64,000 bases of DNA, taken from IMG/VR virus record IMGVR_UViG_3300032327_000953, positions 64,001 to 128,000 of that record; one strand, 5' to 3'. Each line of letters begins with the position of its first letter. Position 1 is the first letter of the stretch. Below, one piece after another: positions 1 to 9,076 of the stretch. The notes beneath the pieces are model-generated. The model was not told the DNA's origin, did not search any database, and saw only the letters and a program-made list of their open reading frames with translations. This DNA comes from a virus (taxonomy: Duplodnaviria; Caudoviricetes). The translations under genes were made by a program, and so were the position numbers.

Positions 1-3000
1 TGGTGTTGATGCCGCTACATTTAAAGGAGTTGGTTGACGACCACCAACAGCACTTCTCATCATGGTCATCAGATCTAATGCTTCAAATGGGGCTTTTCCT
101 TCAGCTTCTCTTTCGGCATTTTTTCGTTTACGACCGAATGTTGCTTCTCTGCCAGTTTTAGCATCTGACACAGTATCTCTCATATTCTCGATATCATTAG
201 AAGAATATCCACGAGAAGAGGCTATTTCTGATTGTCTAACTCTAGCTCTATCTAACTCGATATCTCCAAGAGCTTTATTTCCAGCACTTGTCATTGCTCT
301 CATAGAATTTACAACATCATCACCTAAAGTAGCAAAATTACTTCTTACAACTTTTTGTATCTCAATTAGAGATTTTCTCATAGTTTCCCAAGAACTTGTA
401 TCAATAGTTGGTAAATCTATTTTATCTACAGCACTACTGACTTCATCGCTAAAAGTTGCCATTACAGCAGCCATACTAGATCTAAATATAGACATTTCTG
501 CAGGAGTCACCGCTTCTCCACCCATCTCGAATCTTTGTATTCCAACAGCTCCACCTTTATTATATCGTCCATATTTATTCATGGTATTTAATTTACCATA
601 ACCAATCTTCTTAGCTTGTGCTTGTGGAACTACTAATTCTCCTGGAGTTAATAATGCTGGAACTTCTCCTCCGGAAGCAAACCCTTGAGATCCTCCTAGT
701 CCTAATTTTGCAACACTACTCTTTCGTATAACAAAATCACCAGCAGTTAATGAAGCAGGGACGGTGTCTCTGTTTCCTGTTCCGGGAACAATACCGCCAC
801 TAGCAAATTTGGGGGTACGAGCAGCAAAATAAGATAATGCCATTGCTCTAGAGTCTGGTTTAGCATCGGGTCTTACAACATCCGGACCTTTAATTAAATT
901 AGGGCTTTTACTATAACCAGTTTGTAATACCCATGCTGGATCATCAGCTGGTGGCCACGTTTCTTTTTTTCCATATAATTTTGGATCTAATAGAGCTTCA
1001 TTATGTGTCCAGTCTTTTGGTTCTAAGGGGGTTTTTTTAACATCTCCCCTATTTTTGAAATAATATTCCCATACTTTTTTAGCATCACCACTAACTACTG
1101 ATCTGTCAGAAGTTAACATTGCTCCTTTTTCGGTGACTGCTTCCATCAATATGTCATAAAGTCTTGGGCCATATCCTTTGGTGGCACTAGATAAGCCAAC
1201 ATAATATAGATTATCTCTTAATTTATAAGCACTAGCATATCCTTGTCTACTATTCTCTTGTCCACTCTTTAGATATCCAGCACTAATCATTCCAGAATCT
1301 TCAGTAATACTAATTTTACCGTATTGTTTTTCTTTTTTCTGTTCAGCTTCAGCAACTCCACCCACAGCAAATCTTCTAACTCTGCCACCCAAGGCTAATT
1401 TAACAGCCTCTGCTCCACCAGTTAGATAACTTCCAATCTCTTCTCTAACTTTCTCTAAACTACTACCATCAATTGTTCTTTTAACTTCTGTTGGAATACC
1501 AGGGTCAATACCAGGAAAGAATTGGGCTGCACTACCTAAACCGTCAGGATAGTCTATGGCTCTGTTCTGTTTAGCGTCTGGTCTTACTGGAGCGCCTAAA
1601 ATAGCCAAAGCTTTTTCTATTATGGCACCCTCAATATTACCCTGACCCATTTTCTCATCTAGTTCTGATGTTGTAGATTGTGGTTCAATATATTGAAATC
1701 CTTTTTTACCAGCTTTATGAGCAGCTCTGATGTTATCTAAGTTATCATCAATAAGTTTTTCTTGTTGTTGTAAATTAGCAGCTTTTAATGATGCAATATT
1801 GCTACTAGCTCCACCACTAACACCAGTAACATCATCTTCAGAATAAGGTAAACCTAAACGCTGTAGTGTTGAGGCAAGAAGATCAGCCGTACTTTGTGGT
1901 CTGGCTGTTAGTATTCTGGTTCTTTTAATGAACGATGGGTCTTGGTCTATTAAGGATTTTAATTTATCTGCTAGTCTTGTTGTTCTTGCTTTTCCAAGAG
2001 CTGCTTTTACTGCATCTCTATTTGAATATTGTGGGATATCAGGCTTGCCAGCAGCATCAAGAATGTCTGCTCCCTCAACTAATGTTTTGTCAAAATCAAA
2101 AGCTAAGTTTTCGCCACCACCAAAAATATTTTTATTCTGTACATTCTCTGCAAATTTTTGAGCAAGTGCTGATGACTCCTTCTGCATTTGTCTTGCTTCT
2201 TCCAAATATGTGCTGCCAAAACCTCTGGCGGTAGCATAAACATCAGTGCCTCCAATATTCCATTCAAATTCTTTTTCATAATCCATTGGTAATAAACCAG
2301 CAATACCAAAATGAAGAGCCTTAGCTTGATACTCTTCTAATCTTTTAGCTTCTGCAGCATCTCTTATACCTTTTGCATCTAAAGCTTTATTGATAAAGTC
2401 TGCTGCTTGTTCTAAGCCTTTACCAGCTTTAATATTTCCTGCCTGTAATAGCGAGCTTAATGTTCTATCTCCACTACCAATACCAAGTATTCTTTTAACT
2501 CCAGCGGGACCACCCAATCCACCCAACTGTTCTAGTATAACATCCTGAATACTTTTACTTTTTTCTTGGGCCAATTGAGCAACTCTACCAACTGGCATTT
2601 GAGCTTGTGAGCTTTGACCCATAACTCTCATTGCCGGAACATTGCCCATAGTTGCTGGTGCAGAAAAGTCTAGAGCGTAGTTTTGTGGATCTTTTTGGGC
2701 TAATGCATCTAATAATTTATATGGGGTAAATCCAGTAGCAGATTTCATCTTTTGTTTTTTAGTTCTTAACTCTTTTAGAACTTCTACTTTAGCTGCATAT
2801 TCTGGATCTTCCTCTATTTTTTTGGAATCTATTCTTTTAATTCCAAGAGCTTCTATCTCTTTATCTATGTGGCTCATTTCCGCTTGAGCTTCTTTTTGAG
2901 CTTGTTCTATAAGAGATGGTAAAACACTAGCTCTATTTTGTATTTTTCCAATATTATTAGAAACGAGATCATATACGCCAGGAGATAATACTGATTGAAG

Positions 3001-6000
3001 TTTAGCCATATCTCCAGCTATAATTAAATCTCTAACCATTGTTCCACTAATGCCGCCAGTTCTTTCTATACTCTTAACGTCATATCCAGCTTGTTTATAT
3101 TTTGCTGTTTGATCTTCTGTTTTATCTGCAACAAAGGCTGTGCTACCTTTACCAGGAATTAATACTTGTCTTCTGTCGGAACCTTGTTGAGTGATATCAA
3201 AACCTTGAGGAACCTCAAAATCTCTTGGTTTGGGAAGTACAGTGGCACCCTTTGCTCCGAAACCAGCCTTAGCCAATAATACTCTAGCGTCTTGATCAAA
3301 TATGGCTGTGCGATAAGATGATGGATCTACGGCCTCATTAGCTCCAACTAATGCTATAAAATCTTCTGGAGGAATACCCATAGCAGCAGCAGCATCCATA
3401 ATCGATTCATGACCAGCTGTAGTTGGAGCAAATCCACCCCATGTGAAACCAATTCTCTTCTTAATAATATCTACTAATTCATTGCCACTCTTTCTTCTTA
3501 GTCTACCAGAACCGCTTCTTCCTAATACTGTAGATTTAGCTCCTAGCTTATCTGATAATAATGCCTCGCCAACAGCAGTATCTGTTGAAACGCCCATGGT
3601 AGTTCCAGGTTGACGACCCTCTAAACCGATCCCCGTAACATCTCTTGACCCTCTTTGATCTTTTACTCTGCTTCTTTCTGCACTAGTGGTTGAACTTAAT
3701 GTATATGCTCTATCAACATCTCCAAAGAAATCATCCATTTTAGTTTTACTTACACTACTAGTAAGAATTAATATTTCAGTAGCCCTATCAATATCTTCTG
3801 GACTAAGAATTGGAAATCTTTCTGTTTGTCTTAGTTTAGCGCTATCTGTGCCTTGACCACGAGCTAATGTTGTTTTACCGCTACCAGCAACGCCATATAT
3901 TGCTCTTAGTTTTTGAATATTAGCAGATTTTCGCGCATTAACAGCTAGCTTGGTAAGATAGTCTGAATAGATTCTTGGACCTTCAGATCCTGTTTCTTTC
4001 ATTCCTTTTTCTACAACAGCTTTATTAGCTTCATTGGCTATAACATCATAATCAATATATCCTACTTTTCTTTGAGCTACTCCACCTTTTTCAAATTTTT
4101 GAATTATACCGCCAAGATTTTTTTCTTCAAATCTACCTGTTAATAGTTTTTTCTCTTTTAGTTTTGCTACTAGATCAGGAGCCTTAAACATTGGCCTACC
4201 AAAAACATCATACTGATTAGTACCTTTAAATATCTTTGTTAAGTCATCTGAACTTTTACTGGAAGCCCACTCTGTTGTTAGATCTTTAGCCTGCTGGGCT
4301 TTCTTTTTTTCTTTTGCTGTATAGTTTTTAGCTCCTTTACCCTTAACTTCATATGTATCAGCACCAACCAAACGAGTTAAAGTTTTATATGGAGTAGCTG
4401 TTGGAGTAAAATCAACCCTTAAACTGTCTCCATCGTACACACTATCTAGTTCTACTTTAGAAACACCACCACCCTTTTTGAATTTCTGAACACCATTATT
4501 TATTTTATGAAGATTACTGGATCCAACAGCTCTTGCAGATTTTTTATTAACAACGAACTCGCCAGGAGTTAATAGTGCAGGAACGCTATCGGTATTACCT
4601 GATCCTGGAACGCTACCTCCCCTAGCAAATTTTCTAACTACTCCACCACGATTTAAGGTAGGGCCTCCACCACCAGGAGGTAAACTAGAAAGATTATTAT
4701 TCAGAGATGTAATCTCATTCAATAGTTGTGTCATAACACCATTGCCAAGATTATCTATTGAGGCAGTTAGTGGGTTAATAGCTGTGGTAAGATTATTTAA
4801 TGCTGTTGTTGTTTTATCAAGAGCAGCACTATTGTCAGTATATGAATCAGCTATCTTTTGGGATTTTGCGGCGGCTGCTTGATCCTGACCTCCAGCTGGG
4901 GATCCATTTGGTTTAACTTTTCTTAGTCCTCCAACGAAACCACCAACAAAACTAGTTAATGCTTTGGCTCCTTTGATAGCTCCAATAGCGGTAATAATTG
5001 GTAGTAATGGTTTAGCAACATCTGCAACTTTGATAAAGGTATTAGCTAGACTCAATCCAAGGCTAACTAATGTTTTAAAACTATCACTATTGCCAATATC
5101 TCTAATTAATGCAACAAAGGATTCTCTTGTTTTTGAAAATTGAACTGCTAATGATGCTTGTGCTTTCACAGCATCCATAGCTAATGATGATTGTCCTCTT
5201 TGAGCCACACCCAATGCTTGTTGAGCAGTAGCGAACTCTTGGATTAATGGCAGAACCTTGCCGATCTGTCTGAAACCACCAAGTTCTTCTACAATTCTGG
5301 AAAAGCTAGTATCTCTTGGATCTAGCTTACCCAATCCTTCGCTTAATAATTTAACTGCTTTATAAGCTCCTACGAATTTACCTTCAACATCAAGAAGATT
5401 AACACCATATTCTTTTAAGGCGTCAATGGTATCTTCTCTTTGAATTCTAGTAAAGATGGTTCTTAAACCGGTAGCAATAGTTTCTGCACTTTCACGAGTG
5501 GTAGCTCGTACGCTAGTAAATACCGCAATAAATTCATTTAGAGCATCTGTTCCTTGACTAACGCCTTTACTTGCAGCAGCAAACACACCACCGGTACGCT
5601 GAATAGCGGTAATAATATCACTAGCTTCAACAGCAAAACCAGCAGCAACAGCATTAATAGAACCTAATGCTTTATCTAAATCTTCTGTACTAATTTTGAA
5701 CTGACGCATTAATGCGATACTACCTTCGACCGTATCATTAAGGTTGTCGAATGATGGGGCCAAAGCTGTTAATGCCAATGCTTTAAGGGCTTGATCTGTT
5801 TCTCTGGCGCTAAAACCAGCTTGTGCTAATGTATCAGATATCTTAATAAGATCAGAAGAAGCAACTCCCAATCCTGTGGATAATCCAGTAATGGTATCTG
5901 TTATTCTACTAAGCTGATCATATGATTCGCCAGTAATCTGAGTTAATCTTACTAACTGTCTATCAAAATCAATAAACTCTTGAGTGGCCTTCGATACAGC

Positions 6001-6465
6001 ATTAAGTAGTCCAAAGATTGCTCCTGTGGCAAAATTAAATGCGGCAAAACGACGAACAGCAAGAGCAGACTGTCTACCAAATTCTTCCATCTCACTTCTT
6101 GCTTCTACTGTTCCTTTTTTCAATTTAGCCATCTGCTGAGTGGTGGCTTGTGCTGATGATACTATCTGGGACATGGAGGAGTTTGATCCATTAAGGGCTC
6201 CTCCAAGACTATTGATAGCACCAACCAAACTAGTGATATTGGTGGTTGTTGATGCAGAAGCTTGGGCTGTTATTTGTAGTTCTTTATTTAGACGGGCCAA
6301 AGCATTTGATGTATTAAGTATTGATCTTTCTGCTGATTTATCTAACTTAACTTTAACGGTAGCGTCTACGGTACCAATCTCTCTTCTAATAGCAGATGCT
6401 ATTTGTCTGAGATTACCTGGTCCTCTTAAATTAAGTTCAGCTGTAAGATTAAAACCTTTTGCCAT
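1..6465 (-). CDS. Tail tape measure protein (TP901-type N-terminal core) with C-terminal enzyme-like cargo domains; runs off the window edge
   Basis: Not in the ORF track. ATG at 6465 (MAKGFNLTAELNLRGPG...) and the frame stayed open in every segment I translated down to position 1. Contains helical TMP-like sequence (EFIDFDRQLVRLTQITG; FAVEASDIITAIQRTG) and F-x-x-GG modules. Lies downstream of the major tail gene. Confidence 0.9.
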   Translation of the reverse strand, partial: MAKGFNLTAELNLRGPGNLRQIASAIRREIGTVDATVKVKLDKSAERSILNTSNALARLNKELQITAQASASTTTNITSLVGAINSLGGALNGSNSSMSQIVSSAQATTQQMAKLKKGTVEARSEMEEFGRQSALAVRRFAAFNFATGAIFGLLNAVSKATQEFIDFDRQLVRLTQITGESYDQLSRITDTITGLSTGLGVASSDLIKISDTLAQAGFSARETDQALKALALTALAPSFDNLNDTVEGSIALMRQFKISTEDLDKALGSINAVAAGFAVEASDIITAIQRTGGVFAAASKGVSQGTDALNEFIAVFTSVRATTRESAETIATGLRTIFTRIQREDTIDALKEYGVNLLDVEGKFVGAYKAVKLLSEGLGKLDPRDTSFSRIVEELGGFRQIGKVLPLIQEFATAQQALGVAQRGQSSLAMDAVKAQASLAVQFSKTRESFVALIRDIGNSDSFKTLVSLGLSLANTFIKVADVAKPLLPIITAIGAIKGAKALTSFVGGFVGGLRKVKPNGSPAGGQDQAAAAKSQKIADSYTDNSAALDKTTTALNNLTTAINPLTASIDNLGNGVMTQLLNEITSLNNNLSSLPPGGGGPTLNRGGVVRKFARGGSVPGSGNTDSVPALLTPGEFVVNKKSARAVGSSNLHKINNGVQKFKKGGGVSKVELDSVYDGDSLRVDFTPTATPYKTLTRLVGADTYEVKGKGAKNYTAKEKKKAQQAKDLTTEWASSKSSDDLTKIFKGTNQYDVFGRPMFKAPDLVAKLKEKKLLTGRFEEKNLGGIIQKFEKGGVAQRKVGYIDYDVIANEANKAVVEKGMKETGSEGPRIYSDYLTKLAVNARKSANIQKLRAIYGVAGSGKTTLARGQGTDSAKLRQTERFPILSPEDIDRATEILILTSSVSKTKMDDFFGDVDRAYTLSSTTSAERSRVKDQRGSRDVTGIGLEGRQPGTTMGVSTDTAVGEALLSDKLGAKSTVLGRSGSGRLRRKSGNELVDIIKKRIGFTWGGFAPTTAGHESIMDAAAAMGIPPEDFIALVGANEAVDPSSYRTAIFDQDARVLLAKAGFGAKGATVLPKPRDFEVPQGFDITQQGSDRRQVLIPGKGSTAFVADKTEDQTAKYKQAGYDVKSIERTGGISGTMVRDLIIAGDMAKLQSVLSPGVYDLVSNNIGKIQNRASVLPSLIEQAQKEAQAEMSHIDKEIEALGIKRIDSKKIEEDPEYAAKVEVLKELRTKKQKMKSATGFTPYKLLDALAQKDPQNYALDFSAPATMGNVPAMRVMGQSSQAQMPVGRVAQLAQEKSKSIQDVILEQLGGLGGPAGVKRILGIGSGDRTLSSLLQAGNIKAGKGLEQAADFINKALDAKGIRDAAEAKRLEEYQAKALHFGIAGLLPMDYEKEFEWNIGGTDVYATARGFGSTYLEEARQMQKESSALAQKFAENVQNKNIFGGGENLAFDFDKTLVEGADILDAAGKPDIPQYSNRDAVKAALGKARTTRLADKLKSLIDQDPSFIKRTRILTARPQSTADLLASTLQRLGLPYSEDDVTGVSGGASSNIASLKAANLQQQEKLIDDNLDNIRAAHKAGKKGFQYIEPQSTTSELDEKMGQGNIEGAIIEKALAILGAPVRPDAKQNRAIDYPDGLGSAAQFFPGIDPGIPTEVKRTIDGSSLEKVREEIGSYLTGGAEAVKLALGGRVRRFAVGGVAEAEQKKEKQYGKISITEDSGMISAGYLKSGQENSRQGYASAYKLRDNLYYVGLSSATKGYGPRLYDILMEAVTEKGAMLTSDRSVVSGDAKKVWEYYFKNRGDVKKTPLEPKDWTHNEALLDPKLYGKKETWPPADDPAWVLQTGYSKSPNLIKGPDVVRPDAKPDSRAMALSYFAARTPKFASGGIVPGTGNRDTVPASLTAGDFVIRKSSVAKLGLGGSQGFASGGEVPALLTPGELVVPQAQAKKIGYGKLNTMNKYGRYNKGGAVGIQRFEMGGEAVTPAEMSIFRSSMAAVMATFSDEVSSAVDKIDLPTIDTSSWETMRKSLIEIQKVVRSNFATLGDDVVNSMRAMTSAGNKALGDIELDRARVRQSEIASSRGYSSNDIENMRDTVSDAKTGREATFGRKRKNAEREAEGKAPFEALDLMTMMRSAVGGRQPTPLNVAASTP

Positions 6466-6488
6466 ATGATCTTATCCTTATAGGGTAC

Positions 6489-6528
6489 AAAAAATAACAC
6501 CAACAGACTCCCTGCCTGCTGGTGCTAT
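6489..6528 (-). terminator. Putative intrinsic terminator between the 308-aa gene and the tape measure gene
   Basis: Minus strand ATAGCACCAGCAG-loop-CTGTTGGTGTTAT followed by a T run. Confidence 0.6.
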
Positions 6529-6562
6529 TCTGTGAGCAAAAATATGGATATGAGACAAACTA

Positions 6563-7489
6563 CTAAGATGCTTTAACAACAGATTCTGTTTCAACAGTGG
6601 TAACTGCAACATCGACTGCTGGTGTGGACGTAGCTGTTGATGCTTCTGGTTGTGGAGTTTCTTCTGCTTTTGGCTCATTTTTCACATCTTCTTCTAAAAT
6701 AATTGGATTACCATCTTCGTCTAAGAATGGCTTATATTCAACAACATACTCGCCATCCTTATCAACCCTATTGCCAAACTTATCCACAAAGTTACCCTTA
6801 TCATCAACATATCTACCATTCTCATCAACTAGTCTACCATCGGCATCTGTTAGTTGTCCCTGTTTATTAATGTAGCGTAGCTTTTCATCAATAAACTTAA
6901 ATTTCTTCAAGAACTTATTTTCCGGCAAATTCAATTCATAGTCATTATCCAATCCATAAAGCATGGAAGCCAAATGCTGAGCAGCCACTATAGCAACTTC
7001 CTCATTTGACCTGTTTAAATAGTCCTCCATATTGCTAAAATATGGCTGTTTGTTACTATCATTATACACCAAGCATGATGATACAAGATAGTTAAATCTA
7101 GCGTTGTCTGCTTGGCCTTCAGCGCTATGATTATCAAGAGATGTTCTTACTGAAATTAATGATCTAATTTCCTCTCTATCTTTCTTCATCTGAATAGCAA
7201 TCTCCTTGGCTTCCTTTAGGGAGATACCACCCTTTGCTAACTTTCTTTCAGAATCAAGAATATCCTGCTGTAGCTTGGTGAACTTGATCTGTTTATCCTG
7301 ATTCCACAGACCTTGATCCTCAAGCAACTCATCCATCTTGGCTCTTACCACGCATTTGGACTTGATAGCGTCTGTAAAGGCTTGGTTATAAACTTTCTGA
7401 GCTTCCCTCTGATCATTTATAGAGGGGGTTTTAACAAGAAATTCTGTTTCCTTTTCATTAATCTTAATCTTGAATGTCTTAGTCTTCAT
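6563..7489 (-). CDS. Hypothetical protein, possibly a tail assembly chaperone
   Basis: 308-aa ORF directly upstream of the TMP gene; position-based inference only. Confidence 0.45.
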   Translation of the reverse strand: MKTKTFKIKINEKETEFLVKTPSINDQREAQKVYNQAFTDAIKSKCVVRAKMDELLEDQGLWNQDKQIKFTKLQQDILDSERKLAKGGISLKEAKEIAIQMKKDREEIRSLISVRTSLDNHSAEGQADNARFNYLVSSCLVYNDSNKQPYFSNMEDYLNRSNEEVAIVAAQHLASMLYGLDNDYELNLPENKFLKKFKFIDEKLRYINKQGQLTDADGRLVDENGRYVDDKGNFVDKFGNRVDKDGEYVVEYKPFLDEDGNPIILEEDVKNEPKAEETPQPEASTATSTPAVDVAVTTVETESVVKAS

Positions 7490-7800
7490 TGATCATCTCC
7501 TGTCTGTGGTGGATAACTGGGCTTAACGTAAAACTTGTAATTGTACTTGTATTTTGACCTAATAAATCTGGTAACTTCTGAAATAGCAGAACGCATCTGA
7601 TGATTGCCGTTATTTAATATAAGCATTCTAGTACGTTCCCACAAGTCTCTAAAATCTAATTCTTTGTCTGTAAGATCTTCTTCATTTTTATCAAGACCCC
7701 ACAAATGTCCAAAAGATTCTTCAAATTTAGCTAGTGATCCAATCATAGTTGTTTGAAATCTTTTTTCTAGATTATAATATACTTCATTATCTGGATTCAT
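7486..7800 (-). CDS. Hypothetical protein (tail region)
   Basis: 104-aa ORF with 4-bp overlap to the next gene in the operon. Confidence 0.6.
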   Translation of the reverse strand: MNPDNEVYYNLEKRFQTTMIGSLAKFEESFGHLWGLDKNEEDLTDKELDFRDLWERTRMLILNNGNHQMRSAISEVTRFIRSKYKYNYKFYVKPSYPPQTGDDQ

Positions 7801-7802
7801 AA

Positions 7803-8855
7803 TTATTTCCTATTGTTATTACGTTTAGCATTTAATTGATTAAGTAAATCTCTTTGAACATCTGGCAATTGAGATTCTTGTAATTCAGAACCACCAACAC
7901 TTCTTATAGCGCTAAATTTTTCTTTCATTCTATACAAACCAGCATTATCATTAGCTTTGAGTATCTCTTTGGTCTCTTCTTTAGAATTGCTAACGAAGAA
8001 GACCTCGTCGGCTTTTTGCATCTTTTTGCTACCAAGCATATTTTGAGCTTTGGTCTTTGACTTGGTTTGTTCGTTCTTTCTTTTTTGTACCGTCATCCAT
8101 CCTTCAAGAGCATCTTCATCATCTATGATTACTTCGCTTGGACATTCTGGATGTTCATATATCGAATCAAACATTTTAGTAATATTTACTAAAGCTCTTT
8201 GCTCATCGGACCATTCACACACTGATCCGTCAAAAACCTTTTCTTTATTTGACGATGACCAGTAGGATTTCCATATGTCTGATCTTGCCAATTCTCTTAT
8301 GGTAGTAACAGAAGGTAATGAAGAAGATATCTGATTAGTAATACCATTCAAGAAAATAGAGTTTTTATTCTTAGAATCTTTGAATACTTTCTTATTCTTA
8401 TAGTAAAGAGTATTCATTATTAAGTATTCATTGCGTATCCTACCAGCATAAGCTTCTAATGTATATTGGTCTAAAGAGTGCTGTGCTGTTAATATCCTGT
8501 CTTTTTGCATATTCATACTTTTAATTTGCTTTTTAATATCCTGTCTCCTAGAAAGCTGAATATAGTTTTCGTATAATTCAACCTTCAAATTTTCCAGTCT
8601 TAGATCAATTTGCTTTAGAGCTTCATGATTCTGAGTTCTCCAAACTCCATTATCAATCAAGATTAGCTCAGTATCCTGCAATAATATCCAATCGCTATAA
8701 AGATTTTCATTATAGATTTGTTGGTACAAAATATCTGCTCGATATTTTAAATCTACAGAAGCTCTTCTTAACTGATATAATTTTCCCTCATAATGAAGGT
8801 ACAAAAAACCAGCAATAATCCTAGAAAGTAATAAGTCTTTATCATTCCGTATCAT
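7803..8855 (-). CDS. Hypothetical protein, possibly a tail assembly chaperone
   Basis: 350-aa ORF between the major tail and TMP genes. Confidence 0.5.
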   Translation of the reverse strand: MIRNDKDLLLSRIIAGFLYLHYEGKLYQLRRASVDLKYRADILYQQIYNENLYSDWILLQDTELILIDNGVWRTQNHEALKQIDLRLENLKVELYENYIQLSRRQDIKKQIKSMNMQKDRILTAQHSLDQYTLEAYAGRIRNEYLIMNTLYYKNKKVFKDSKNKNSIFLNGITNQISSSLPSVTTIRELARSDIWKSYWSSSNKEKVFDGSVCEWSDEQRALVNITKMFDSIYEHPECPSEVIIDDEDALEGWMTVQKRKNEQTKSKTKAQNMLGSKKMQKADEVFFVSNSKEETKEILKANDNAGLYRMKEKFSAIRSVGGSELQESQLPDVQRDLLNQLNAKRNNNRK

Positions 8856-9009
8856 TGCTAGAGTAAGCCGTGTCCTTTGATAGTTTCTTCTTTAAGTCCA
8901 ATATTTCCTGATCTTTTTCTTTTATCTTTTGCTGAAAAGACTCTAATATTTTTTGAGCCTGATTAACATCAGCATATAATTTTCCAATAATCATAAATAA
9001 GTCATCCAT
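8842..9009 (-). CDS. Small coiled-coil hypothetical protein (55 aa)
   Basis: Manual translation MDDLFMIIGKLYADVNQAQKILESFQQKIKEKDQEILDLKKKLSKDTAYSSNDTE*; GGAG RBS upstream. Confidence 0.6.
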   Translation of the reverse strand: MDDLFMIIGKLYADVNQAQKILESFQQKIKEKDQEILDLKKKLSKDTAYSSNDTE

Positions 9010-9076
9010 TTTACAATCTCCTAAGTCTAACCGAAAGTTCCTATTTCAACCGAATGTTACAAACTGACACAACCTA

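Noticed and set aside
62-6469. Plus-strand ORFs 62..601, 1928..2161, 1935..2234 and 6140..6469, and minus-strand 2103..2309
   Set aside because: They are shadows of the long tape measure reading frame.
6563-9009. Programmed -1 frameshift in tail assembly chaperones
   Set aside because: No convincing slippery heptamer with an overlapping downstream frame was identified by eye.
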